Notes under the pieces: model-generated
The model's database searches: none
Seen by the model: only the letters and a program-made list of their open reading frames with translations
What the model was told of the DNA's origin: nothing
Shown here: positions 1 through 10,036 of the stretch, one piece after another
Layout of the letters: every line of letters starts with the position of its first letter
Position numbering within the stretch: position 1 is the first letter of the stretch
Source of the DNA: an uncultured Gemmatimonadaceae bacterium
GTDB lineage: Bacteria; Gemmatimonadota; Gemmatimonadetes; Gemmatimonadales; Gemmatimonadaceae
DNA length: 64,000 nucleotides
Assembly: GCA_963822945.1 (NCBI GenBank)
Contig: CAWGJO010000026.1
Coordinates: 1 to 64,000, forward strand
Direction: 5' to 3'
Made by a program: the position numbers and the translations under genes

Positions 1-1
1 G

Positions 2-256
2 GGCGGAACCGTCGAGGAGACGGAGGGGCGGCGCTGCCTGTGCAACGCGCTGCTGGCGAACATCGGGCACGCGCAGTTGCGCACCCGCTGGGACGACGAG
101 CAGCCGCTGCTCACCAGCGGCGACGACCTGATGGCGATGGCGCCGTTCCTGGACGGACGGACGCACTACGGGGCGGGTGAGGTGCTGGACTATCTGCTGG
201 CCGGAGTGGACCCGGCGGCGGTGTCGAACATGGACCGTCTCACGGTGCACGCCTGA
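2..256 (+). CDS. C-terminal fragment of a nitronate monooxygenase / 2-nitropropane dioxygenase-like flavoprotein (5' truncated by window)
   Basis: Frame 2 reads GGTVEETEGRRCLCNALLANIGHAQ...PLLTSGDD...VHA*, a C-terminus typical of this family; not in the ORF track. Confidence 0.6.
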   Translation, partial: GGTVEETEGRRCLCNALLANIGHAQLRTRWDDEQPLLTSGDDLMAMAPFLDGRTHYGAGEVLDYLLAGVDPAAVSNMDRLTVHA

Positions 257-274
257 CGGTTCACGCTTCACCAT

Positions 275-913
275 TCACGTTCCGCCCCGCCGCTTCGCCA
301 CCAGCCGCTGCAGCCGTAACCGCTCCTCGCGCTCCCGCTCGTCCAGATCGCGGCGCACGCCCACGATCTGCGCCTGCAACGTGGGCGCCACGCGCTGCTC
401 CAGCGTGCGCAGCCGCCGCGACGTGGTGGCCACGGCCTCGCTCAGTCGCCGCACCCGCTGCTCGCGCGGCGCGGCCTCGATGAGCAACTCGGCGAACTCT
501 TCGTAGCGGCGCGCCGCCTCCTCCACCGCGAACCCCACGTCGCCCGGCGCGAGTCCGCGCGCGTCGAAGAGGCGCTGCAGGGCCGGCCGTTCGGTCACGT
601 CGCTCACCGCGAGTCCCCAGATGTGCGCGGGCCGCACCTCCACGCGCGGGTCGCCGGGCGGCCAGGCCATGGCCGACAGGCCGGAGATGCCGTGCATGGC
701 GAGCGCGTCGGCCAGCGGCTCGGCCGCCGCGTTGGCGCGCTCGGCGAGCTGCTGCCGCACGTCCACCGCAGGGCGCGCCAGCTTGAACAACTCGGCCACG
801 AGCGCCTCGCGTTTGCGACGAGTGAGCGCGGCGCCCTTGAGCACGCGCTCCAGCCGGCGGCGCGCGCCCAGGAGGCTGGCGCGCGTGGGCGCGAGCCGGT
901 CGCGGGCGCTCAC
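275..913 (-). CDS. ntpD: V/A-type ATP synthase subunit D
   Basis: GTG at 913 overlaps the subunit B stop (GTGA); PTRASLL...L.RKREAL and [12 protein letters not shown]...[10 protein letters not shown] motifs; last gene of the operon. Confidence 0.85.
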   Translation of the reverse strand: MSARDRLAPTRASLLGARRRLERVLKGAALTRRKREALVAELFKLARPAVDVRQQLAERANAAAEPLADALAMHGISGLSAMAWPPGDPRVEVRPAHIWGLAVSDVTERPALQRLFDARGLAPGDVGFAVEEAARRYEEFAELLIEAAPREQRVRRLSEAVATTSRRLRTLEQRVAPTLQAQIVGVRRDLDEREREERLRLQRLVAKRRGGT

Positions 914-2407
914 GCGTCGGGCTCCGGTTCGGACGCCGGCGTCCCGTCGTCGCCCGCCGGTTGGGGCGCCGGCTCGCCCGGCGGGGGATCGACGACGTCC
1001 GCCTCGCGCTGTGCCACCACCGCCCGGCGCGCGGCGAGCGCATCGTCGTCGATCCGCACCAGATCTCGCGCGGCAGCGCCTCGAGCAGCGACCAGCCGAG
1101 CTCGAACGTCTCGTCGAGGCCGCGCCGCGGTTCTGCCCTGCCCGACGAAGTCGCGCTCGAACCGTCCGCGAACGCGAGCGCCGCGCGGTCGGTCTCCGGG
1201 CAGGCTCGACTCGCCCACGATCGCCGCCGTCAGCCGGGCCTCGCGCCCGCTGGCGTACAGGGCATAGAGCTGGTTCGCCCACGCGCGGTGCTCGGGGCGC
1301 GTGCGGCCCTCGCCGATGCCGGCGTTCATGAGCCGCGAGAGCGACGGCAGCACGTCGATCGGCGGAACGATGCCCGCCCGGTGCAGCTCGCGGCTCAGCA
1401 CGATCTGGCCTTCGGTGATGTAGCCCGGTGAGGTCGGGGATCGGGTGCGTGATGTCGTCGTCGGGCATCGTCAGCATCGGGATCTGCGTGACCGAGCCCG
1501 GCCGCGCCCGCGCAGCGATGCCCGGCCCGCTCGTAAGAGCGAGGCCAGATCGGTGTACATGTAGCCCGGATAGCCGCGCCGTCCCGGGACTCCTCGCGGC
1601 GCGCGCGGCCGACCTCGCGCAGCGCGTCGCAGTAGTGCGTGAGGTCGGCCATCACGACCAGCACGTGGATCCCGTGCTCGAACGCCAGGTGCTCGGCCTG
1701 CGGTGAGCGCGACCCGGGGGGCGAGCAGCCGCTCGATGGTCGGGTCGCAGGCACGATTCAGGTAGACGACGGTGCGGGCCGGCCGCCTCGGCGGCGTGGA
1801 AGCCGTCGAGGAACCCGCCGGGTCTCGCGCTCGGTGATGCCGATGGCCGACGAAGATGACGGCGAAGGGCTCGACCCGCGCGGTGCCCGCGACCCCGCGA
1901 CGATCTGGGCCGCGAGGTCCAGCGCCGGAAGTCCGGGGCCGGAGAACACCGGCAGCTTCTGCCCCCGCACCAGCGTGTTCAAGCCGTCGATCGGCCGAGA
2001 TGCCGGTTTCGATGAAGCTCCGACGGGCTGCGGCGGCGCACGGGATTGATCGGGGCGCCCCAGACCGGGCGGAGCCGCTCGCCCACGGGGGCCGGCAGGC
2101 CGTCCAGCGGGCTGGCCGTCCCGCGAAGGACGCGGCCCAGCAGCTCGGCACCCGACCGTGGCGTCCGCGACGTCACCGGTCAGCGTCACCGTCGCCTCGC
2201 CGGGCGCCAGCCCGACCGTGTCTTCGAGCACCTGCACGACCGTGCTGTCGCTCGCCGACGTCGATGACCTGCCCGCGCGGCGGGTCCGTCCGGGAGCTCG
2301 CGATCCGACCTGCTCGCCGAGCGCCGCGCCGGGCGTGCCCGCGGAGGAACAGCAGGGGGCCCGACGCCGGCGTCGGCGCCCGTGGTAGGTGCGCGGGGCG
2401 AGCTCAT
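910..2407 (-). CDS. ntpB: V/A-type ATP synthase subunit B, multiply frameshifted
   Basis: Fragments across frames: [75 protein letters not shown]; many indels. Confidence 0.85.
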
Positions 2408-4196
2408 GGGCGCTCCTCTCTGCGTCGTGCGGCCGCCCGGGATCCGGCGCGGCGCGAGCGCCGCGGCGGCCGTCGGGCGTCGCCGATGCGGCGTCCAGCT
2501 CGTCGTCCGGGGCGGCGCGCAGCGCGGTCAGGACGAGCCGACGCGGGCGTCGAGAGCCGAGCTCCTCGAGGCGTCACGCCGGCCGTCCAGCGCCGTCCGC
2601 CGCGCGGTCGCGGCTGCCGAGCAGCAGTCCGGCCAGCGCGCAGGATCTTCGCCGGGCGGCTGAACGCGTCGACCGGGTCGAAGGCGTTCTGGGCGAGAAG
2701 CGATCTCGCGCACGAGCGCGGCGATCTCCAGCGGACAGCGGTCGGCGTCCTCGAGCGCGTCGGGCCCGACCAGGGCCGCGACTTCCCGCAGCTCGCGGTC
2801 CTTCTGCAGCAGGTTCGGTCACCCGGCCCGCGAGCTCCGAGCCCAGTCGGCGCCGAGCCTGATCCGCGAAAGCACGGATCGAGATCACGGCATACAGGCT
2901 GTAGCTCGTCTCCCAGTCGACCGCCGGGAAGTGGCGCTGGTGGGCGAGCGCGGGATCGAGCGCCCACAGCGCGCCGGCACACGCGCAGCGACGGCCTGCG
3001 TGACGGGCTCCGAGAAGTCGCCGCCCGGCGGCGAGACGGCGCTGATGAAGGTCACCGCGCCGCTCGCGCTCGGGCACGCCCAGGCACGCGCACGCGTCCG
3101 GCCCGCTCGTAGAGCTGCCCGAGCCGGTTGCCGAGGTAGGTCGGATATCCCTCCTCGCCCGGCATCTCCTGGAGCCGCGCGCCGATCTCGCGCAGCGCCT
3201 CGGCCCAGCGCGAGAGGCTGTCGGCCATCAGCGCCACGCGGCAGCCCCTGTCGCGGAAGTACTCCGCCGATCGTCATGCCGAGGTAGATGCGACGCTTCG
3301 CGGGCCGCGACCGGCATGTTCGACGTGTTCACGACCAGCACCGTGCGCGTTCCATGATCGAGCCGCCCGGTGCGCGGATCCTCGAGGGCCGGGAACTCCT
3401 CGAGCACCTCGGCCATCTCGTTGCCGCGCTCGCCGCAGCCGACGTAGACGACCACGTCCGCCTCGGCGTAGCGGCCAGCGACTGTTCGATGACGGTCTTG
3501 CCGGTGCCGAAGCCGCCGGGCACGGCGACGGTGCCCCCCTCCGCGACGGGGAACAGGAAGTCGAACACGCGCTGGCCGGTGACGAACGGCCGGTCGGCCG
3601 CAGCCGTTCGGCGAGCGGCCGCGGGCGATGCGCACCGGCCAGCGGTGCGAGAGGTCGAGCGGCGTGCCGTCGTCGAGTTCGCCGATCGCGTCACCCACGT
3701 GGTACGAGCCGGTCGCGACGCTGCGCCACGCGTCCCCGAACGCCGGGCGGCACCAGCACCTGGTGGGTGAAGCCGAGGCGCTCCGGGACCGTGCCGAGCA
3801 CGTCGCCGGGGCTCACCTCCGCGCCCGCCTCGCGACGGTGGCCGTGAACGCCCAGAGGTCGCCGGGGTCGAGCGTGTCGGCCGCCGCGCCCGGTCCGATG
3901 AAATCGCCGGTGGCCTCGGCAACGACGCGCCAGGGGGCGGCCCACGCCGTCGAGCACCGCGCCCAGCAGGCCGGGCCCGAGCTGCGCCGTGAGCGGGTGC
4001 CCGAGAACTCCACCGGCGCGCCCAGGCGCAGGCCGGTGGTGTCCTCGTACACCTGCAAGGTGGCCAGCTCACCTCGCACCCGGACCACCTCGGCGAGCAG
4101 CCGGTGCTCGCCCACGTAGGCCAGTTCGTACAACGCGGGGGCGCAGGGGCGGGCCTCCACCAGCGCGCCGGCAATGCGCGTGACGGCCGCGCTCAT
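2404..4196 (-). CDS. ntpA: V/A-type ATP synthase subunit A, multiply frameshifted
   Basis: QVYEDTTGL, Walker [74 protein letters not shown] in different frames. Confidence 0.85.
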
Positions 4197-4522
4197 TGGA
4201 GCCTCACGCGATAGCCGATCGCGCGGCGCAGCAGGTCGAGAATGTACGCCTCGGCCCGATCGGTGGCGGCGCCCCACGCCGCGCGGGGCACGGGCACGAC
4301 GATGGGGAGCGCGCGATCTTCCAACTCGCGCTGGAGCGCGGCGGGGAAGGCTTCGAACAGCGGTTGTTCCACGAGCAGGATGCCCAGATCCGGTTCCCCG
4401 ATCAGCGCGCTCACACGCTCCGCCGCCGCGGCCGCATCTTCCACCTCGTCGGCGGGCAGGCCGGCCAGCCGGAGCCCCGTGGCCAGCGCAGGGGTGGCAA
4501 CGGCGCGTACGCGGTAGCTCAC
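4193..4522 (-). CDS. ntpF: V/A-type ATP synthase subunit F
   Basis: GTG at 4522 overlaps the subunit C stop; ATGLRLAG, DLGILLV, PIVVPVP and LLRRAIG motifs; 109 aa. Confidence 0.85.
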   Translation of the reverse strand: MSYRVRAVATPALATGLRLAGLPADEVEDAAAAAERVSALIGEPDLGILLVEQPLFEAFPAALQRELEDRALPIVVPVPRAAWGAATDRAEAYILDLLRRAIGYRVRLQ

Positions 4523-5532
4523 GCGGCCTCCTCCAACTCGCGCAGACGCACGGTGGCGGGAACGCCGAGCGAGACCTGCCAGAGAATGCGCTGCAGGGCC
4601 CGGTGCTCGGCCCGCAGCCGCATCACGTACAGCAGCACCGGCGCGAGACTGAGTGGCTCCCGTCGCGCCATCATCCGGTACTCGGCGATGAGGGCCATCA
4701 GTGCCGCGTCGTCCGGGGCGCGGGTGGCGGGAACCAGCGCCACGGCCAGCGGGGTGCCGGCCACGCGCGCCTGCAGACGAGCACGCAGCGGTTCGGCGCT
4801 GCCGGCATCGGCCGCGAACCGCAGGTCGTCGAGGGTGAGGACGGCGCCGCCGGGCACGAACAGCGCCTCGGGCTCGGCGTCCGACCGCTGCTCGGCGAGG
4901 AGCCGTGCCGCCCACACGTTGACGAAGTCGACCGTGCGCTCCACGTAGTGGCGCAGGGCGCGGTCGCCCGCCCGCGCGGCGCGGGTGGCCCGCACCGACC
5001 AGGCCGCGACCACCGCCTGGTCGAGCGAGAACAGATCCAGCCGTTCGCGCCGCGCCTGCTCCGCCACCACGTCGGCGAACGGGTGGCGCAGGGCCAGCAG
5101 GGCCGCCCCGATGGCCCCGACGTCGTTGAGGAGCGACAACTCGTCCAGCGCGCGCGCGGGCAGCGCCGCCGTCGGGATGAGGCCCATGGTGCGCAGCGCG
5201 GGATCGATGCCGCCGAGTGCGCCGCGTACCAGGGCGCGGATGGAACGGCGGTCCTCGTCTTCGATGAGCGGCACCAGCACGTCCTCGCAGTCGCGGCTCC
5301 AGTGTTCGAGCACGTCGAAGCGGCGCGCCGTCACGCGGCGCAGGGCACGCTCGATGGCGCGTTCGTCCGGAGGCGGGGCGTTGGGCGCGAACGCCAGGTA
5401 GCCGATGCGCACCAGCCCGTCGGAGAACGCGCGCCGGTCTTCCGACGCCGCCAGCGTCCGGAGCGTCTGCTGCGGAAGGAGATGTCCGGCGAGTCCCCGG
5501 GCGCGGGCCACGAGCGGTCCCCAGGCGTTCAT
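4519..5532 (-). CDS. ntpC: V/A-type ATP synthase subunit C (V0 d-like)
   Basis: 337 aa helical ORF between E and F; N-terminal ARARGL..HLL and C-terminal LRAEHRALQRIL pattern. Confidence 0.75.
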   Translation of the reverse strand: MNAWGPLVARARGLAGHLLPQQTLRTLAASEDRRAFSDGLVRIGYLAFAPNAPPPDERAIERALRRVTARRFDVLEHWSRDCEDVLVPLIEDEDRRSIRALVRGALGGIDPALRTMGLIPTAALPARALDELSLLNDVGAIGAALLALRHPFADVVAEQARRERLDLFSLDQAVVAAWSVRATRAARAGDRALRHYVERTVDFVNVWAARLLAEQRSDAEPEALFVPGGAVLTLDDLRFAADAGSAEPLRARLQARVAGTPLAVALVPATRAPDDAALMALIAEYRMMARREPLSLAPVLLYVMRLRAEHRALQRILWQVSLGVPATVRLRELEEAA

Positions 5533-6129
5533 GGCGCCGTCCCCTCGATGGCCCGCACGGCCTCGATGGCGAGCGTGGGCCGCAGTCGCCGCAGGCGCGC
5601 GACCAGGGTGGCGTCCACGCGCACGGTGCGCGCCGCGTTCTCCAGGATCGCCCCGGTGGCGACCGCCTCGTCATCTTCGATCGGCGTGTCGGGGCGGCCC
5701 GCCGCGGCGAGGGCGTCGCGCACCGCGCTCTCGCAGGGCGGGGCGGCAGCGCGCGCGCGCGTCCTCGTCGGCCAGGAAGGGCAGGGCCTCCGCGAACAGC
5801 GGCGTGAGGCGTGCCGCCAGGTCGGGCGTGCCGGCCAATGCCTCCAGCCGTCGCTCTGCCTCGTCGAACACGCGTGTGACGAACGTCGCGCGCGCCGTGA
5901 GCACTTCGCGCACGGTGCTCTGCGCCGCACGTGCCCGCTCCGCCTCGCGTTGACGGGCGAGGACGCGTGCCTGCTCGCCGAGCGTGGTGGTCCGCCGGCG
6001 CGTGCGTTGCGCCTCGGCGGTCTCGCGAATGCGCGTCGCCTCGGCGCGCGCCTGCGCCTCGCGCTCGGCGATGGCGGCCGCGGCTTCCTGCCCGAGCTGC
6101 GCGAGCAACGGGCCGGCGTCGGCCGGCAT
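5529..6129 (-). CDS. ntpE: V/A-type ATP synthase subunit E (one frameshift near 5735)
   Basis: N-terminal coiled coil (ORF 5671..6129) joins C-terminal GAILENAARTVRVDATLVARL (ORF 5529..5930); operon position. Confidence 0.75.
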
Positions 6130-6132
6130 GGC

Positions 6133-6357
6133 CTAGGCTCCGCCCGCCCGCAGAATGATCAGCACGGCGACGATGAATCCGAGAATGACCATCGTCTCGG
6201 GAATGGCGACGAGCACGATGATCGTGCCGGCGAGTTCGGGCTTCTCGGCAAGCGCCGCGGCGCCGGCCGTGCCGATCTTCGACTGCGCCCAGGCAGTGGC
6301 CAGGGCGGCGATGCCGAGTACCGCGGCGGCGCTGATCACGATCCACATCATGTTCAT
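6133..6357 (-). CDS. ntpK: V/A-type ATP synthase proteolipid subunit K/c (single hairpin, 74 aa)
   Basis: MNMMWIV...WAQSKIGTAGAAALAEKPE...AIPETMVILGF, with ion-binding Glu; ATG overlaps the subunit I stop. Confidence 0.9.
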   Translation of the reverse strand: MNMMWIVISAAAVLGIAALATAWAQSKIGTAGAAALAEKPELAGTIIVLVAIPETMVILGFIVAVLIILRAGGA

Positions 6358-8259
6358 GACGGTTTCCTCGACGATTCGGGAATTGGCGAAGCCGGGCGAT
6401 GCCCGAACGGTTCGTACGGACGCCCGCCCGGGCTGTAGAACTTCCCAAAGAACTCCACGTAGTGGAGACGGAGCGCGTGAATGGCCGGGCTGAACAGCCC
6501 GATGGCGAAATTCACGAGGTGGAACAACAGCGCGAACACGAGCCCCACCAGCGTGCTGCCCACGGCGCCCACCATCTGGTTGGCCACCACGGCGAGCATC
6601 ACCGAGGCGGTGCCGATGGCCATGATACGGGCGTACGACAGCACGTTGCCCAGCGTGGACAGCAACTCCACCGGCGCGATCAGTCCCTCGGCGAACACGA
6701 GCACGGGGAAGATCACCAGCAACGCCACGACGGCCGGCGTGAACAGCCGGGAGGGCAGCACTTCGAACGCGGCCAGCAGCGCGCCGACCACGAGCAGCAC
6801 CATCAGCGCCGACACGCCGCTGCCCAGCGCGTGCCTGGGCTCCTTGCGGATGGCGGTGATGGCCCCGAGCACCAGGCCGAGTACCACGTGCGCCACGCCC
6901 ACACCCACCGCGAGCGCGAGGGTGGCGAAGACGGCGGTTTCGCGATTGAAGATGATCGGATGGATCCCGAGCAGTCGTGTGCCGAGGTCTCCGAAGTACT
7001 CGCCGAACAACACGCCGAAGATGATCGCGAACGCGGCGCACGGCCCCGCGATCTCGGCGGCGGTGCGGAGCAGCGACCCGGGTTTCGCCTTCGCGTGCAC
7101 CAGCAGCGCCAGTCCGCCCAACACCACGCCGTACCCCACGTCGCCCAGCATCATCCCGAAGATCAACGGGAAGAACACCGCCACGAACGGGGTGGGATCG
7201 ATGGTCCCGTACCTGGGCAGCGGCAGCAGCGCGATGAGCTTCTCGAACGGGCGGAAGAGCCGCGGGTTCGACAGCACCACCGGCGGGTCCTCCTCTCCCC
7301 ATTCTTCGTGGGCCACCGTCTCGACGATCACCGTGGAACCCGCCGCGGCGGTCACGCGCCGCGCCAATTCACCCACGCTGCGCTCGGGCAGCCAGCCCTC
7401 GATGGCGAAGGCGAATCGCGTCATCGCCGCCCGCTCGTGCGCGTGCACGGCGGCCAGCCAGTCCTCGATGGCGGCGCGGGCGTGGCGCAGCTCCGGCCCG
7501 CGCTCCACCGCCAGCTCCTTCCGCTTGCGGGCGCAGGCGTCCAGTTCCACGGGAATCTCGAACAGCCGCGCCAGCATCTTCGGTACGGCCTGCTCGAGGG
7601 GCACGTCGCGATACCCCTCCGGCAGGGGCACCTCGGGCACGCGCGCTTCCGCCAGCTGCGCGTCGAGCTTCTCGCTGAACTCGCGCGGCAACACGAGCAG
7701 GATCGCCATGTCGCCGCCCGGGAGTTCGTGCGTGGTCATCGTGAAGGCGGCCCCCAACTGCTCGCGCAGCGCGCCGGCGAGCGCGTCCACCGTGGGGCGG
7801 GCCGACGCGGGCACGACCACGGCGTGACTGGTGAGCCTCGGCGAGCCCGCCACCTTGCGCACGGCCGGCAGGATGGCCGACAGGAAGTCGCGATACCGCG
7901 TGATGAGGGCCCGTTCCTCGCCCAACGCCGACTCGCGTTGACGCAGACGCGCGCGCGTCGCGGGCCGACCGGTTGGCCAGCCGCGCCCACCGCGCGAAGT
8001 CGTCGACCGTGGCGGCGCTCGTCGTGCCGGTGGTGCCGGTCACGTCGAGCAGCCGCATCGCCTCATCGATTTCCTCGAGGACGCGCGTGAGCTGACCGCG
8101 GCGCCGCTCGGTATCGGGCTCCAGCCGTGCGGCCGCCACGCCGGCGCGCGGCGGCGCCTCGGCCAACTGCAGCTGGCCGAAGTCCTGCACCGCGCCGAGG
8201 GCGGCGTCGAACCGGTCCTTCGGTCCGAGCACCCGCACCTTGGCCATGGGGATGATCAT
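6354..8259 (-). CDS. ntpI: V/A-type ATP synthase subunit I (frameshift near 7930-7960)
   Basis: MIIPMAKVRVLG start; EGWLP, PRYGTIDPTP, FGMMLGDVGYG, essential Arg in NVLSYARIMA, LRLHYVEFFGKFY. Confidence 0.9.
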
Positions 8260-8615
8260 GGGTCGGCGACGGGCGCCACCATGGCAGCCAGGCGTTCGGC
8301 GATCTCGGCGATCCGCGCGTCGTCGGCTTCGGCATACAGCACGCGCCGCCGCTCGGCCTCGTCGCGAATGGCCTGCGCATCCGCCTCCCGCTGTTCGGCG
8401 GCCTGCAGGTCGAGCAGGCGCAACGTCTCCTGCAATTCCCGTTCGGCCTTCTCATCGGCCGCGTGCGCCGCGGCACGTGCTTCGTGCACCAGCCGCTCGG
8501 CGTCGCGCTCGGCCTGCTGCAGGCTGGCCGTGACCGCGCGTTCCGCGTCGAGCAGCGCATCGAGGGCCGATGCCTCGGTGCCGACGGGCGTGTGTCGTTT
8601 CCTGGCGGTGACCAT
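8256..8615 (-). CDS. V/A-type ATP synthase subunit H/G (peripheral stalk)
   Basis: Charged coiled-coil ORF heading the operon; probable ATG at 8615 after GGGGGA (ORF track extends to 8699). Confidence 0.65.
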   Translation of the reverse strand: MVTARKRHTPVGTEASALDALLDAERAVTASLQQAERDAERLVHEARAAAHAADEKAERELQETLRLLDLQAAEQREADAQAIRDEAERRRVLYAEADDARIAEIAERLAAMVAPVADP

Positions 8616-8784
8616 GTCCGGTTCCCCCTGCGTTTCGGGCTCCGCTGCGGGGACAGAACCACGCTCTGTAGTTACCGGCGCACGGAGGGGGGCCTGCATC
8701 GGGAGTGTACCACCAAACAGTCGGGGTTTCGCCGACCGGCTGGGCGCAGGCGGATCGCGTCCGGGCGGGCGCGGCGCCCGGGAG

Positions 8785-9186
8785 TCAGTTGACGCCTGAC
8801 GACCTGACGATTGCGGCCCGGGTTGCCAGCCGCCGAATGGCGGCGCCGATGGCCGCCATCCGGGACGCCGACATCATCATGAATCCGGAATGGGCGCGGG
8901 GGCGCGACGAGCGGATGACGGCCGACGTGTCGGGTGCCACGTAGACGATGGCGTAGTGCGTGCCCCAGCTGGTGCTTGCCGGCACGACGCCCGTCGGCGC
9001 GGCGGCGTACCGCGTGTGCGTGCGCCACGCGATCCAGTACGCACGATCGCTGAGCGTGGCGGTCGGGATCCCCGCCCGCCCCGTGCGCGACCGGGCGGAC
9101 GTCGAGTGGAGCCGGGCGACCGATGTTCCGAGCCCGGTCACGCCCGTGGCGTCGATGCCTCCGTGGCCCCTGCCGACGGCGTTCAT
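8785..9186 (-). CDS. Hypothetical protein (133 aa)
   Basis: ATG overlaps the crotonase stop (ATGA); GC-rich third positions; no family recognised. Confidence 0.4.
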   Translation of the reverse strand: MNAVGRGHGGIDATGVTGLGTSVARLHSTSARSRTGRAGIPTATLSDRAYWIAWRTHTRYAAAPTGVVPASTSWGTHYAIVYVAPDTSAVIRSSRPRAHSGFMMMSASRMAAIGAAIRRLATRAAIVRSSGVN

Positions 9187-10025
9187 CCCTCGCCCTCGAA
9201 TGCGGGGGCGCGCTTGCCGAAGAACGCACTCAGCCCCTCCGCGAAGTCGTGGCCGTCGGCGGAGCGCGCCAGGTGCTGCAGTTCCTCGTCCAGGTGGTAG
9301 TCGAGTTGCTCCACGCCCGCGGCCTGGTTGATGAGGCGCTTGGCCACGGCGTATGCCGCCGTGGGGCCGGCGGCGAGACGCTGGGCCACGGCCATCACAT
9401 CGGCCGCGAAGGTGTCGCGCGGGAATACGTCGTTGACGAGGCGCATGTCCTTGGCTTCGGCCGCCGACAGGCGCGGGTTGAGCAGTACGAGCCCCATTGC
9501 CATGCGCAGGCCCAGCAGCCGGGGCAGGAAGAAGGTGGAGCTCTCGGCTCCCGTGAGCCCCGTCTTGTGGTAGGCCCATTCGAACGTGGCGTCGTCCGAG
9601 GCGAACACGAGGTCGCAGGCCATGGCGATGCCGAACCCGCCCGCCGCCGCCACGCCGTCCACCGCGGCGATGAACGGCTTGGGGGCGCGCTTGATCTCCG
9701 AGATCGTGCTGTGCAGGTACTCGAGAATCTCCTTGAATCCCTCGCCGAATCCCGGGGGTTCGGCCGTTCCCTCGGGGCGGAGGTATCCGAAGTCCTCCTG
9801 CGAACCCTGGGCCCGGATGTACTTGAGGTCGGCGCCGCTGCAGAAGATGCCGTTGGTGCCGCGCACGATCACGCAGCGCACCTCCTTGTCGCGCGCCAGC
9901 TGCAGGCCGGCCTTCCGGAAGTCGCGGGCCGTTTCCACGTCCATGGAGTTGAAGCGCGCAGGGCGATCGATCACCAACTGCCCCACGGCCCCGTCGCGTT
10001 CGATGTGGATGTGTTCCATGGCCAT
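9183..10025 (-). CDS. Enoyl-CoA hydratase/isomerase (crotonase) family protein, possibly HypX C-domain-like
   Basis: IDRPARFNSM, FCSGADL, PKPFIAAVDGVAAAGG, AYHKTGLTGAESSTFFLPRLLG, DFAEGLSAFFGKRAPAF; starts 11 bp after hypE. Confidence 0.9.
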   Translation of the reverse strand: MAMEHIHIERDGAVGQLVIDRPARFNSMDVETARDFRKAGLQLARDKEVRCVIVRGTNGIFCSGADLKYIRAQGSQEDFGYLRPEGTAEPPGFGEGFKEILEYLHSTISEIKRAPKPFIAAVDGVAAAGGFGIAMACDLVFASDDATFEWAYHKTGLTGAESSTFFLPRLLGLRMAMGLVLLNPRLSAAEAKDMRLVNDVFPRDTFAADVMAVAQRLAAGPTAAYAVAKRLINQAAGVEQLDYHLDEELQHLARSADGHDFAEGLSAFFGKRAPAFEGEG

Positions 10026-10036
10026 GGCGGCTGCCC

